A stretch of DNA of 64,000 nucleotides from the human T2T-CHM13v2.0 reference genome, Homo sapiens. Positions 1-14,365 of this stretch are shown in pieces; position 1 is the stretch's first letter; each line of letters begins with the position of its first letter. The notes under the pieces were generated by a model. That model saw nothing but the letters and a program-made list of their open reading frames with translations, was not told where the DNA came from and did not search any database. The DNA is taken from assembly GCF_009914755.1 (NCBI RefSeq), contig NC_060932.1. The stretch is one strand, 5' to 3'. The position numbers and the translations under genes are program-made.

Positions 1-240
1 CTTTGGGAGGCCAAGGTGAGAGGATCACTTGAGCCCAAGAGTTCAAGACCAGCATGGGCAACATGCCTCCACAAAAAAATTAACAAAAAAAATTAGCCAG
101 GCGTGGTGCTGGTGCCTGTCGTCCTAGCTACTCAGGAGGCTGAGACAGGAGGACTGCTTGAGCTTGGGAGTTTCAGAGTGCAGGGAGCTATGATTACACC
201 ACTGCACTCCATCCTGGGAAACAGAGTGAGACCCCATCTC
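1..240 (+). mobile_element. Alu (AluJ-like), start outside the window, no A-tail
   Basis: ctttgggaggccaagg...gatcacttgagcccaagagttcaagaccagc; right arm ends accccatctc. Confidence 0.9.
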
Positions 241-1422
241 ACTCTGTTTTTTTCACTTTCTGCTCTTCTGAATCCCAACAGTCCCATGATATCTTGCCCA
301 ATATTTTAATATATCAGTACATTGCTATTAGCTTTAACCAACCTCACATAGTACACATGAGATCAGGAGAGCACAAATTAATAACGATGAAATTTCACTC
401 CAAAGCAGGAGCAGAAAGTCATAAACACAGCAAAGCAGAGTACAAGACTTGTATCAAGGACAAGTCTTTGCAATTCCAAATTTTCCCTCACTTCTTCTGG
501 TTATCAATACAGATAGAATTAAAAACCATATCTTGTAAGAATATTTGAAGGCAAAAGAAAAACAAATTATATAGATAAGGTTGTTTAAACTATTAATAAG
601 AATTCATTTAGGGCTCATCTTAAATTCATGTAGAGTCAAAATTACGATTTACAAAAAGCATTGGCTCATAGGAGATCATGGATGATGAGCTCAAGGGTTA
701 AGAGAGAGCTCCCAAGGGGAAGAAAGCATTCCAACATGCTTCTTCATCAAAACATCAGTGGAAGGGTCAGAGGAAGGTGAAACCCATTTTCAAAATCATC
801 CTGAAGGAAAGATGTAATACAGGAATGACTACAGCTTCAGCTGCCATGAGAAGGAAACTGAGATTGTTGTGGATGTTAATATCAGAACCAAATTAAAATC
901 CAGGCCTAATGACCCTCTGGCCAGTGGTCTTTCCAGTCAGCAAGCTCTTAAGCAGGGAGTCCACAGTAGTCACTTGTTAATCAATAAATTTACCAGGCCC
1001 CCAAAGCTCAGAAATCTGATTCCACCTAGCCACAGGTAGCTGTCCCACACCTGGTAGAAGCATTGCACAAGGCTGCCCCCTGTCAGGGGGTGGACAACCA
1101 GTGCTTTCCCCAGCCCACCATGTTTTCTCAAGTGTTGCCATGCTACATGTTAACCTAGGAAATTCTCTTTGCCTCGACAATGTCTATTCATTCTACTGGA
1201 AATTTCTTTCTGACAGGATCTCCTGACCATGCCCTTGTCCTAACCACCACAAGCTCTTCTATGTCCACAAGCCCCATCCACAAGCTCATCTGTGTCCAAA
1301 AATTTTAAATTTTTGTTCAAATACTTCCTTCCTGTTCTTGGTAACTAAAATTCTACACATTTTTTAAAAGAAATATTAACAGACTTCAGTATGAAGTTAA
1401 AATCAATACTAAAAATTCCAGA

Positions 1423-1729
1423 TTTTTTTTTCTTTTTTGGGGGGGGGGGGGGCGACGGGGTCTTGCTGTCATCTAGGCTGGAGTACAATGGCATGATCTC
1501 GGCTCACTGCTACCTCCGCCTCCCGGACTCAAGCGATTCTCCTGCCTCAGTTTCCTGAGTAGCTGAGATTACAGGCGTGCACCACCACACCCAGCTAATT
1601 TTTGTATTTTTTGTAGAGATGGGGTTTCACCATGTTGGTCAAGCTGGCCTCGAACTCCTGACCTTGTGATCCACCCACCTCAGCCTCCCAAAGTGCTGGG
1701 ATTACAGGCGTGAGCCATGGCGCTCAGCC
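1423..1729 (-). mobile_element. AluS, with a G14 run next to the tail
   Basis: Reverse Alu consensus; TSD aaattccag on both sides. Confidence 0.95.
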
Positions 1730-2679
1730 AAATTCCAGTTTTTCTATATGCATACAAGGAATTACAAAGTATAGTGAATTGAAAACTGTAAAAATTAATT
1801 CAATAGAATCTATGAGGGTTCTGTAGGAATACTAAAACATATTAAAAACAAATAATGTTGAGTATGCCACCTCTTTTGCAATGTAGATAGATATGCTACT
1901 TTCTTTCTCTTTCCTAATTACATTGACTAGGGCTTCTAGAATATTAATAAATGAACACAATGTCTTTGAAGTTACTTCCCCCTGAATTAGAAATGTTTTT
2001 ATTGAATCACTATTTTTCTCAATGCAGGTAAGTAAAGAGGTGATTAAGGAGGTAGCTATATTATTATTTTCAATGAATGTGTTTTGTTTTGTTTTTTAAA
2101 AAATAGTTATGGGAATTAGTTTGTCAAATGCTTTTTGGCATTCTTCAATAGAATCACATGGTCTTTATAATCTATTAACATAGGGTATTATATTACTAAA
2201 TTTCTTATTTTAAAACAACATGTGTTTCACTTGGTTCCACATATTATTCTTTTCATATATTGTTTAAGTCAAGCTTATTCAAGTTTTTTACATGGAAATT
2301 TTTGTTGGTAATACTCTATGGCTTTCTTTTTTATATATGGCATGTTCAACGTGATGTGGTATTGATATGGACTTTTGATATAAGGGCATTTTTTTCATTA
2401 TCTTTCATTACTAAACATCTCATGCATAATACTCTGGTCTGGATTAGTGGACAACACATTCTGGGTACAATGAGGCATTTATTAAATGAGCATTTAATAA
2501 ACAGTATAAATTCTCCTGTTCTTTAACATAGTTACATTGATTCCATTTAACTGTGGGACTTGCACGATAAGAGATAATTTATACAAAGCCATTCTACTCA
2601 TATTCTTCATTATTTGGCTTTCTTTTCTTTCTTGTTTTCCTTTTATATTAACACAACTAAAACAGAGTGTTAATTGCAT

Positions 2680-2870
2680 GAGCATTTGAGTCAGGCAGAC
2701 CATGCTTCTGGGTATAGGTGCTGAAGCTGACAGATGTGTAACACTAGACAAGTTATTTGATCTCTCTGTTTCAGTTTCCTTATATAGAGTATAAAAATAA
2801 AAACAGAACTCAAAAACAAAGCTATTGTGAAGATTAAATGACACGATAGGCATAATGTGGTTAGCACTTT
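2680..2870. mobile_element. MIR
   Basis: MIR core: gacaagttatttgatctctctgtttcagtttcct...attgtgaagattaaatga. Confidence 0.7.
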
Positions 2871-4395
2871 ACAGAAACTTGACAGGGCTATGCCTCCCTT
2901 CCTATCTCACCCCCAGGCACCTCCCCACTCTCTCTATTTATGGATGTATGTCCATGATCTATAATATCCTTTAGAAATGTCACATTGTCTTGTCTAAAAT
3001 CCTCACCTCCACTGACTAGTACACATTCTGCTCTTTGCAAATATACTAAAACCAAACAACCAAAAATGCTTTAAAATTTTTTATTAATAATCATGAGGTT
3101 ATACACTGACCTGTGATACCGAGAACATATAAAAATTTACTCATATTCCCATAAATGTACTGTTTGGATATATTTTCTTCTGCTAAGAGAGGTAACACCC
3201 ACATAAGCTGCTCACTGACTACACAACATCATTACCCACATGGCCTGACCAATGCCAACAAGGTGAACCATAATATTTTGCAAAGCATCAAATGGTGCTA
3301 AAAGTTCTATATTTGAGCATTGAATAAATGTTGAAACAACTGGTGATAATTGTTAACAATGAGTCCTTGACCTTTCATGAATTGTTTGCCCCCAAACATC
3401 ATCACCTTTTGTACACAAACAGTATTTTGTCACAAAAATTGCTTGATGACACTATTAGGACAGTATTGTCTTTACTTGTTCTAGTGAAAGTCATTTGAAA
3501 TGGCAACAGACATTGCTCTGTATTATCCACAGCAGCACAGTACTATTAATCCTCCAAATACAAAAAGCAATGTCTTATCATGCCAATCTAACAGATTTTA
3601 CAAATGATGCTGTTTATGTAACAGTCATACAATAGTGGATAAATTGCTCTTGAACAACTTCTGTCAACATTTGGCTTTTGTTATTAATGTGGTGCATATC
3701 AAATATGTCCATACCTATCATATAATTTTAAAAATTGTTTAGTTAGAAAGGATCTCAAGGATCATCTCACTTAATTTCTTCCATATACAATGACGATACT
3801 GACTTTAAGAGAGAAGTTAGATAACTTGTCTAAAGCTATGCAAACAAAGAGTGGTAGAGGCAATACTAGATTGTAGACCTGCTCATTCTAATTCAGTGCT
3901 CTTTTCAACACAGCCTGTTGTCTCCTTAAAACCAGTGTGAATACCAGCATTGTAGTCTGGAAGTGCTGGGAAGCACCTCTCAGAAGTAGATGACAGACAA
4001 TGGAGATGGCTAGAAGAACGCTGCTAAGTGCTATTTACTCACCATGTACACATTCGGCCTCTTTCTGCGCTCCAGTTTTTGCATCACTGCTTCCTAAAAC
4101 AATTCCACTTCAGCCAACTCGGAACTGCTTTAATTCCTTCCTCAAATGCTTCAAACTCTCTTCCCCCAAGGGTGCTTCCTTCTTCTCTATGCCTTTTTTT
4201 TTTTTTTTAATTTCCTCTGCCAGAAATTCTTCCCCCTAGTGTCGTCTAGCCTCAGCTAATTCCTACTTATCCTTGAGGCAGCAACATAAATGTAAATTCC
4301 TCAAGGTAAACTTCCCTGATTTTTGCTAGTCCTTATTATGGGCCTCTGTTAATATTCTCTCATAACTGGTTTATTTCCCCCATAACAGCATTTAG

Positions 4396-4836
<441 letters not shown>

Positions 4837-5888
4837 TAGACAACAAAACTCAAAGAAGCTCCTCCATGAAAAGTTCTTCACTTTCAAAGTATCACACTCA
4901 CTATAAAAGATGAGCTATTTCTTCTTCCTGGGGAAAATCCCTTGAATCATGTTAGATACCATGCCCCTTCTTGCCTTACTGAAGAGATAAAACTTTTGAT
5001 GATCTTGTCTCTATTTATATATTTCACCCCTCCCCCTCAACTGAATCCTTCCAATGACTTTTTTTCCTTTTTAAAAATTAATGTTGCAGTAAAATATATA
5101 CATCATTTACCATTTTAAATTGTACAATTCAGTGGCATCAAGTATATTTACACTATTGCACAACCAACACATTATCCATCTCCAGAAGTTTTACTAACGG
5201 CTTTTAAACAAATTCAGGCATTCCTCAAATAAAACGTTTTGCCATCTTATTTGTCACCTGTTATGTCATCTCATCCTCCTCCTGCAACACTCCTTCTCTT
5301 CAAAGCCAGCTTCATATCCCATGGTACTTTCTCACTAACCTCTTACTCCTAACCCACTCCATTTGGGTTGAGTGTATCATTCTTCCAAATGATTTCAAAA
5401 AGTCAGTAACAGGTCTCCATAGGGATGCATTCAAGGAGCTCTTTTTAGTTCTCAACAGCATGATCAACTGTTCACCACTCCTTCCCACTCAATACACTTT
5501 TTCTTTCACCTTCCTGGCCCAGTGCACTACATCGTCTATTTTCCCTCCAGGTACTTCTTTCCTATATCCTGTCCATGTTCTTTTGCCTACACAAAGCCAT
5601 TCAGTGTAAGAATCTCAGAAGACTCTCCCCTAGGTTCTCTCCTGTCTTCATAGTATACTTTTTCCTTTCCTAAATAATATTCTCCTTATCCTTGGCTTTG
5701 GTTACCTCCTGATTATTTTGGACTCACATGTTTAGATGTGACAGTCCAACCAAAACCTTTCCATTGAGCTCAAATAAGTATTAAAAATTGTTTTTCTGAT
5801 CATTCTTTACAAATGCCTCAAACTCCATATGTTCCAAATCAAACTCCTAATAAAAGCATTTTATTGTCCAGGTTCTCTACCTCAGTGA

Positions 5889-6227
<339 letters not shown>

Positions 6228-7084
6228 TGGAACTCTTTGATCAACAGCGCTAAAGATTTTACTTTATAAATTTCCCTCTTAATTCATCCCTTCTTTGGTG
6301 TCACTACCCTAAATATAGCATCATCTCCCCTTCTAGAATGCTGCAATAGCCATCTACATCTGGTTTATCTACAACCACTCTGGTTTCAATTCAATACTTT
6401 CTCCACACTGCAACATATAACCACTTGAGACCTGTAAGCACTTTCCACTGCTCCAAGAATGCCCACTGAGGACTATGAAAGCTTAAGTTGCTCGGAGATA
6501 AAAGACAAAGCCACTTAACAAGTTCTGCGTGCTCTGATGCCCTGCCTATATTCCAGCCCCAACTTACAACCAGTTAAGAGTCTCTCTCTGAGCGCCAGCC
6601 ACCCTGACCTTTTTCCAGCCCTTTGTTCTCAGTAACATCTCTCCCCATTCCTTCTGTATGTTATTCTGTCTGCCTGGAAAGCTCCCAACCCTCTTCATAT
6701 TTTAAATAGATAATTCCTGCCCGTTCTTTGGAAGGCAAATCAAATGTCACTTGTTAGGAGAAACTTGCCACTGCTAGATCAAAGTTATGAGTTTTCATCT
6801 CATCAAGTGCATCTTCTTCATAGCAGCTACCACTTTGCTAATTTTCTATTTACTTCATACATAATACCCCAAATTCAGGCCCTCGGGTTGATGCAGAAAT
6901 CATGCCTCTTTTTGTTCATTGTTACATCCCCTCCACCTAATATATCTGGAATATAGCAGGTACCCAATAAATATGTATCAAACAAAATAATGAATACATA
7001 AATGGATGAGTTGTAGGGGCCTAAATATTTGTTGAAAAAACTTATTCTTTCAACAAATAATTAGCCCATTATGTGACAGGCAGT

Positions 7085-7330
7085 GTCATGAGCAAAACTA
7101 ACATTTATTGATCACTTCCTATGTGTCAGACATGGTGCCCAGAGCTTTGAGTAATCAGGCACTTCTTTGTGTTATTGTAACAAAAAGGTTGTAAGACAGA
7201 TACCAGCATTAGCCTTCATTTACAGACAAAGAAACTGGGGCTCAAAGAAGTTACATGATTTGCTAAAGGCAACTGTAAATGAAAGAGTAAGAGTAATACC
7301 AAGGTCAGTCAAACTTCAGAGTCTGATTAA
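7085..7330. mobile_element. MIR
   Basis: aacatttattgatcacttcctatgtgtcagac...tttacagacaaagaaactggggctcaaagaagttacatgatttgctaaagg. Confidence 0.75.
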
Positions 7331-8463
7331 GCCCCTTGAGTGAATAAAGATACTCATATATTTCAAACGTAACACAAATGCATGCACTATCAATTTCATG
7401 AACATATCATAGCCCTAAAGTTAGGCACACCACTTTGACAATACTAACTCAAAGCCTCATTTACTTTAGACTCACAAATCTATCCAGTATGATAAAGGGT
7501 CCTCTTGTACTTAAAAATCAATAAACATAATACACTCCAACAGTTACCAAAACCAATATAACTATTCCATTAGTAAAGACAATTCCCTTTATGCTTGAGC
7601 AATGTACAATGAGCACATCTCTGAATTTCTATGAAACCTCATTCTTCCAAATGCAGTTAAGCAGTTGCAGCAATTAACATAAACATTTCAGGACACCATT
7701 TTTTTTCTTTTTTCTTTTTTTTTCCAGAAAAACCATAGGCACCAGGTGCTATATCAGATGACAGTGGGTTGTTGGCATCAAGTATTTCAAAAGATGCTGG
7801 GAACACCCTGAGCCCTATTTAACCTCATACAAGAGGTTGATTAAGTATGCCACTGAGGTATATGATCTATCATTCCCTAATTGCTAAACATCAACTGACC
7901 AGTGTTCTGGTATCTTTAGAGGGCAATAATGTTGCAATATAAAACAGTAAAGAGTCCATTTTTTGTATTTCCCAAATTTGCAAATATTTTTTTAAAACAA
8001 AGAAATTGATGTTGGTGAGAATGCAGTAGGAGAGAAATTCTCATATATTCCTATTGGGAGTAATAGTTTCCACATCCTTTCAGGAAACCAATGTTTATTG
8101 TGTATCAAGATTTGATTTAGTGTTTCTATTTTCTAGGACTTTAGCTCAAGGAAATAATCAGTGATGTAGATGAAGATATATTTACTCATTCACTCTTCTC
8201 TAAGTCATTTATCACACTCATTTTATCTCTTCATTAAACAAAGAGTCTTTGGACATTTTCTGAGGGAACAAAAAAGCAGCAAGACAAATTCTGCCCCTGT
8301 AGGAAGCCACACAAGAAACAAGATAATTTCAATTTGTTGGTACAAAAGAGGCAAGGGCCTTCTTGCAGATAAAGGGGATCACAGAGGTTCACGCCAATAC
8401 TTGACCCCAAGTATGGGTTAGTTAGATAATGGGGAGAACATTTGAATCAGATGGTACAGCCCA

Positions 8464-8535
8464 GAAAGAGACAGAGACAGAGACAGAGACAGAGAGAGAG
8501 AGAGAGACAGAAGAAGAGAGAGAGAAAGAGAGTGT
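8464..8535. repeat. (GAGACA)n(GA)n simple repeat
   Basis: Read directly. Confidence 0.9.
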
Positions 8536-8955
8536 GAGCGCGAGACTGCAGCACACTGGAGGGATGAATCAGAGCAGCAAAAAACTGCAGAGTAAAAAGA
8601 TTAAAAGGAAAATATCATAGGTTGCAGAAACACAGACATTTTTGTTATCATCTTTGTATGTTACTATGCTGCCAAAATTTTCTACATTGTATATTGGAGA
8701 AAAAGGAACATTTTAAAGGCCATTTAAAAAGCCAGTAAAATATCAAATGATTATAATAGCACATGTAGATGACCCATAAAGTATGTCATCAAACAATTTT
8801 CACATCAGAGGACCATTGTGAGGAAGAAAAGAGCAATAGATGTCAAAAGCTCTAGCAAGTAAAATATTTGTACATCTACACATACACGCACACAAAGCAT
8901 TTTTGCAATATAGTCATTTCATACAAAAATTTACTTTAGACATTACTTAAAAATA

Positions 8956-9044
8956 CAGTCATTTCTCATTATATGTGATGGTTACATTCTGTACAGTTGC
9001 CGTGTACTCTGAATTAGTGAATACTGAACTGCTACTCCTAGAGG

Positions 9045-9086
<42 letters not shown>

Positions 9087-9519
9087 CACTCATATAATCT
9101 TAAATACCCAAAACAACACAGACTGGTAGATTCCATTTTCCTCTTTTTTAAAAAAAAAGGAAAAAAAAATTCACAAGTGTTAGGTAACTTTCCTGTGCCT
9201 ACCCCACTAGCAAGTGCCAGAGTAGGGATTGAAACTTCCTCCAGCTGGCTCTAGGGTGCTTCCCTCACTACCCTGCACTACCCTGCACTGCCCCCTACTG
9301 CCTCCATCCTCTGAAAGCTGATATCTGAAGGCAGAACTCTCGCTTTATCTGGCCTTAACTGGGAACATGCCTACTGGGTGACACAAATTTTTTGTCCATC
9401 TGTGCATATCCATAAATGACCAGGAAAATGCCATAAGTATTGATTTTGAGGTAACAAATAAATTACCACAAATGGGAAAATTCATAAATATGGAATCCAC
9501 AAATAATGAGCACTGAATG
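8956..9519 (+). mobile_element. MER82-like TcMar-Tigger non-autonomous element containing (CA)n at 9047-9083
   Basis: cagtcatttctcattat...gaattagtgaatactgaac...ctcctagagg start; ggaatccacaaataatgag end (degenerate TIRs). Confidence 0.7.
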
Positions 9520-9623
9520 CATATGGAACACCCATATTATGGATAAGTTCATGTCCCCCTATGATCTATACGCAGAGATAAAAGTTGCTAAATCTCTGTT
9601 TCTCTTAAAAATTGACCTTATTG

Positions 9624-9917
9624 GGCCAGGCACGGTGGCTCACGTCTGTAATCCCAGCAACTTGGGAGGCCGAGGCGGGTGGATCACGAGATCAGGAGGT
9701 CGAGGCCATCCTGGCTAACAAGGTGAAACCCCGTCTCTACTAAAAAATACAAAAAATTAGCAGGGCATGGTGGCGGGCACCTGTACTTACAGCTATTCAG
9801 GAGGCTGAGGCAGGAGAATGGAGTGAACCTGGGAGGCAGAGCTTGCAATGAGCAGATATTGTGCCACTGAACTCCAGCCTGGGCGACAGAGTGAGACTCC
9901 GTCTCAAAAAAAAAAAA
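9624..9917 (+). mobile_element. AluY-like
   Basis: ggatcacgag...ccatcctggctaac, ggagaatgg..tgaacc; TSD aaaaattgacct. Confidence 0.95.
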
Positions 9918-9924
9918 TTGACCT

Positions 9925-10094
9925 AATTATTTTATATTTATTTATTTAGAGACTGGGTGTGACTCTGTTGCCTAAGCTGGAGTGCAGTGATGCGATCATG
10001 GCTTACTGCAACCTTGACCTCCTAGGTTCAGGTGATCCTCCTGCCTCAGCCTCCTGAGTAGGTGGGACTACAGGAACGCACCACCATATCTGGC
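9925..10094 (-). mobile_element. Alu right-arm fragment (AluJ/FRAM-like)
   Basis: Reverse right monomer with (TTTA)n tail. Confidence 0.85.
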
Positions 10095-10338
10095 AGAGAC
10101 AAAATCCCAAACTGGTAAGTCAAGAATGCTGTTCACCAAATCATGACACCTTACTTGATTTGCAACCTTTTCTAAGATAAAAGGAAACAGGGAAGCAACC
10201 ATAATCTAAGCTGGATATATGATTTACTCATATTTTATTTATGTAAATATAATAGAAGAAATCCTTAAATATTCAAAAAATGAAGAGATTCTCCGATTCT
10301 AATGAGTAAAACCTTGCTTAATTTGACATTTGATGTCA

Positions 10339-10655
<317 letters not shown>

Positions 10656-11639
10656 ATAATAAGGTCAACTTTTAAGAGAAACAGAGGTTTAAGAATATGT
10701 TCTATTACAAATGTGGCTAAAATTTTTAGAAGCCCAAATTAACATAGAATACCCTTGTGTGACAAAACCAGTAGCTACTACCAGAAACTGCAGGGAGCTA
10801 TAATGAGAGAAGAAAACTAGAAAGATCCTTCCTATTCCTTGGACAGATATTTCAAAACTTCAGTCTAATGATCATTGTTCACTCTCTGCTTTCACTAGAA
10901 GTTAAAAAGTAAACTCAGTGTCTTCAAGCGGGAAAAGAAAGAGACACACATTTTCAGTAGAGGCAAACTGAAACCCTCTCTTCTTGAGTAGAAAAATATA
11001 ATTGAGGTGAACAAATTAATAAAAGCTGCAAGTGAAAATACCAAGTCCCAAGCAAGGCAAAAACCTAAGAATTTTGTAGAATAACGATTAGTAATATATT
11101 TTACTGCAAGTTAATATTTAGGGTAAATCGATTTAAAACATGGGAAGATGAAAGAAAAATGAAAACATTTTCAATAGATAGGTTTTTTAAACATAAATAT
11201 GTTAACTTTTTTAATGACTTGATATTCACTAGATGCTTTGTAAGCATTATCTGTAATCCTCGTGTTAGTAGTACTGGGTAAGAATTATGATGTTAGATTT
11301 ACACATGAGAACACTGAGACACAGACATGCTAAATAATTTCCCTAAGGTTCTACGTAACTAGTATTTTGAGGAGATATTATTTTAAGTTAGATCAGCTTG
11401 GATACAAAGTCCATTCTTATTCCATTGCACAATAGATGCTGCTTCCTGAAAATAATACCTTGAAAGACAATCAATAGTTATTAAAAAAGAACTATTCTAG
11501 AAGAATTACCTGCTTTGCTAGAGATTAACATTTAATACAAAATTATATTTTAAAATTAGAAGTTAGCAAAATCGTTCAAACCTCTCTGTGTTAATTTTTA
11601 TTCACTTTTTATATTAGTTCACAGTGTCAGTAGCTTTAA

Positions 11640-11790
11640 CTCTTAATCAATTGTGGGATTATGGATCCCCTTGAGAATCTGAGGAAAGGACCCTAAGAAC
11701 ATACCCATATACAAATACCGCATTCAACTTCAGAGAGTTCACAGTAGCCTGATGTCCATATACTTAACCCGTGTGAACACCAGGTGAGGG
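11640..11790. mobile_element. hAT-Charlie (Charlie4z-like) relic, copy 1
   Basis: ggatccccttgagaatctgaggaaag...ttcagagagttcacag resembles the recalled Charlie4z consensus. Confidence 0.55.
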
Positions 11791-12254
11791 GCCCTCGCCA
11801 CTAGGTGCAGCTACTCTCCTAGCTAGACAGATCAAACAGTCTTGCAATAATACTGGCTGTTATGTACCCAAATTGCAGGATGAGAAAAATGTTAATAAAT
11901 CAATACCTATTTGAAAGGTAAATACATAACAGAAATCATATGATTGGGAGAAGCAAACTCTATGAGATAACGATCACTTTCTGAAGTGCTAATGAAATAA
12001 GTTGTATCTAGCATCCGGATAATTAAACAGTTTTTTCACTCACTAGTATTCATAAAAAGCTAAATATGGAAATCTATAAGTATTATTTAATCCATTCACA
12101 CCACCAAATATGCAACAGAAACACATGGCTGAAAGGATGAACATTTAACAAGAAATTATACTTGTAAATTAAAAAATAACAAAAACCTATAAGCCTCTTT
12201 TAAGTATTACTCTATTTTTTAATATTTAACATACAGTGACAATAGTTTCAATGC

Positions 12255-12410
12255 CTAATTGACAATGGGTTTTGAACCCCTTTGAGAACCTGAAGAAAGA
12301 ACTTCTGAAAAATGCACATATAAAAATGCTACACATGACCTCAAGGAGTTCACAGTGCCTTCATGTCTATCCACTTAACGCTCTAGAGTTCAACAGGCAA
12401 TGAACACAGA
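12255..12410. mobile_element. hAT-Charlie (Charlie4z-like) relic, copy 2
   Basis: gaacccctttgagaacctgaagaaag...aaaaatgcacatat...caaggagttcacag. Confidence 0.55.
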
Positions 12411-13458
12411 TGTGAAAACTGCATAAAACTTTAAGAGTAAATGACACACCACAATTATTAATATATTTTTGGTTATATCATTATCCATACTGAGTACATC
12501 TTGATTATTTTAAATAGATAAAAGAGAATGAGTTGAAACTCCTAACACTAAATATAATTTTCTAAGTTATAGAAACTAGTTTTTATGTCTTACTACCTTC
12601 CCTCCTTCCACTGTTTCCTCTTATTACCTATTTAGCTGAGAGTGATCTAAGTGATTACCCTTACCCCGAAACTACTTAATGCTTTTTTTTAAGAGACAAT
12701 GCTAAAAGTTGATGATTAATGGATAAAAAGTAGCTTTGAACTGGTAAGTGGGCCTCTATCTAATTAAATTCATTACCAATTCCAAATATCTGTTAGAGTA
12801 ACAAAATCCAATTTAGTTAGTATGTTCTTCAAATAAAGGTATAATCTAAATGACAGTGAGAATAAACATATTCTCAAAAATTTAATCCATTGCTTTTAAA
12901 AGACAGCATCACTCATTTCTTTGAACTTGAACAAATAAAAAGGGTATTATGGAAATCCTTTTTAAGCATATACTATATATATTTAAAGCTAATTTAATCC
13001 TGAAAACATTATGAGATAGGCACTATTAATCTATTATCTATAAAATAGGTAACTTTTTTTTAGAAAACCAAAAGGAGCTTCAGACTGTTTAAACAATTTT
13101 TCCAAGACGGCATTGTATGAGTGAAATTAGGATTTGATTTAAATCCACGACAGTCAGTGTCCCATCTCAATCTCTCTTCTTTACATAAAGCTATCTTAGT
13201 TATTCCAAATCCTATGAGCCAATGTTTCATGACCAACTACTGTGCCAGACACTTTTCTGGATGCTTTCTAATTTGATAAGAATGAAAGGAAAAGAAAAGT
13301 AGCAGTCTGTAGACCACACTAAAACACTTCAAAGCTAGACCAACCATCAGTCCAATTATAATTTACAGTCACTCAATCAGAATAAATACAGAGTTACTGA
13401 AACTTGATATGTGGAGACATTTGCATGTCTAACTGACTATCTATAAAGATGCCTTATA

Positions 13459-14055
13459 AATTCCAATATTCCATTAACTAAGAAAACATTATAGTTATAT
13501 ATGTCTATACATGTGTATATATAATTATATATGTCTATATATACACATATATAGACTATATATGTGTTGGATATATATATACACACACATATATATACAC
13601 ATATATGGACATGTGTGTATATCTATATATACACACACACATATATGTATATATGTATATATGTATATGTCTATATGTGTATGTCTATATATGTGTATAT
13701 GTATATGTATATATGTAGATATACACACATCTATACACACATATATACATATGTATATACATATATACACATATATACACATATGTATATGTCTATATAC
13801 ACACATATGCATGTCTCTGTACACACATATGTATGTCTCTATACACACATATGTATATGTCTCTACACACACATGTATATGTCTCTATACACATATATGT
13901 ATATATGTCTCTATACACACATATGTATATATGTCTCTATACACACATACATAGATGTGCATGTATATAGACATATATAACATTATAGTACATATAGACA
14001 TATATAAACACATATATAACTATAATGTTTTCTTAGTTAATGGAATATTAGAATT
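13459..14055. repeat. AT-rich (TA/CA/TG) low-complexity array enclosed by 46-bp inverted arms
   Basis: 13459-13504 is the reverse complement of 14010-14055 with one mismatch; interior is tatatg/tacaca/gtctctatacacacatatgtatat units. Confidence 0.93.
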
Positions 14056-14057
14056 GA

Positions 14058-14365
14058 TTTATTTATTTTTAGTTTTTCATTTTTTGAGGTGGAGTCTCGC
14101 TCTGTCGCCCAGGCTGGAGCGCAGTGGTGCAATCTTGACTAACTGCACCTCTGCCTCTGGGTTCATGTTAGTCTCCTGCCTCAGCCTCCTGAGAAGCTGG
14201 GATTACAGGTGCCTGCCACCATGCCTGGCTAATTTTTGTATTTTTAGTAGAGATGGGGTTTCACCATGTTGGCCAGGCTGGCCTCGCACTCCTGACCTTG
14301 GGTGATCCAACCATCTTGGCCTCCCAAAGTGCTGGCATTACAGGCATGAGCCACCGGGCCTGGCA
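14058..14365 (-). mobile_element. AluS
   Basis: Reverse Alu dimer; no TSD recognisable at the tail side. Confidence 0.93.

Noticed and set aside
11795-11813. CTCF-like motif TCGCCACTAGGTGCAGCTA
   Set aside because: Mismatch at a highly conserved core G; cannot be supported without ChIP data.
13511-13980. 115-147-aa Y/I/H/T/C/M-rich ORFs
   Set aside because: Translations of the purine-pyrimidine microsatellite, which lacks stop codons by composition.
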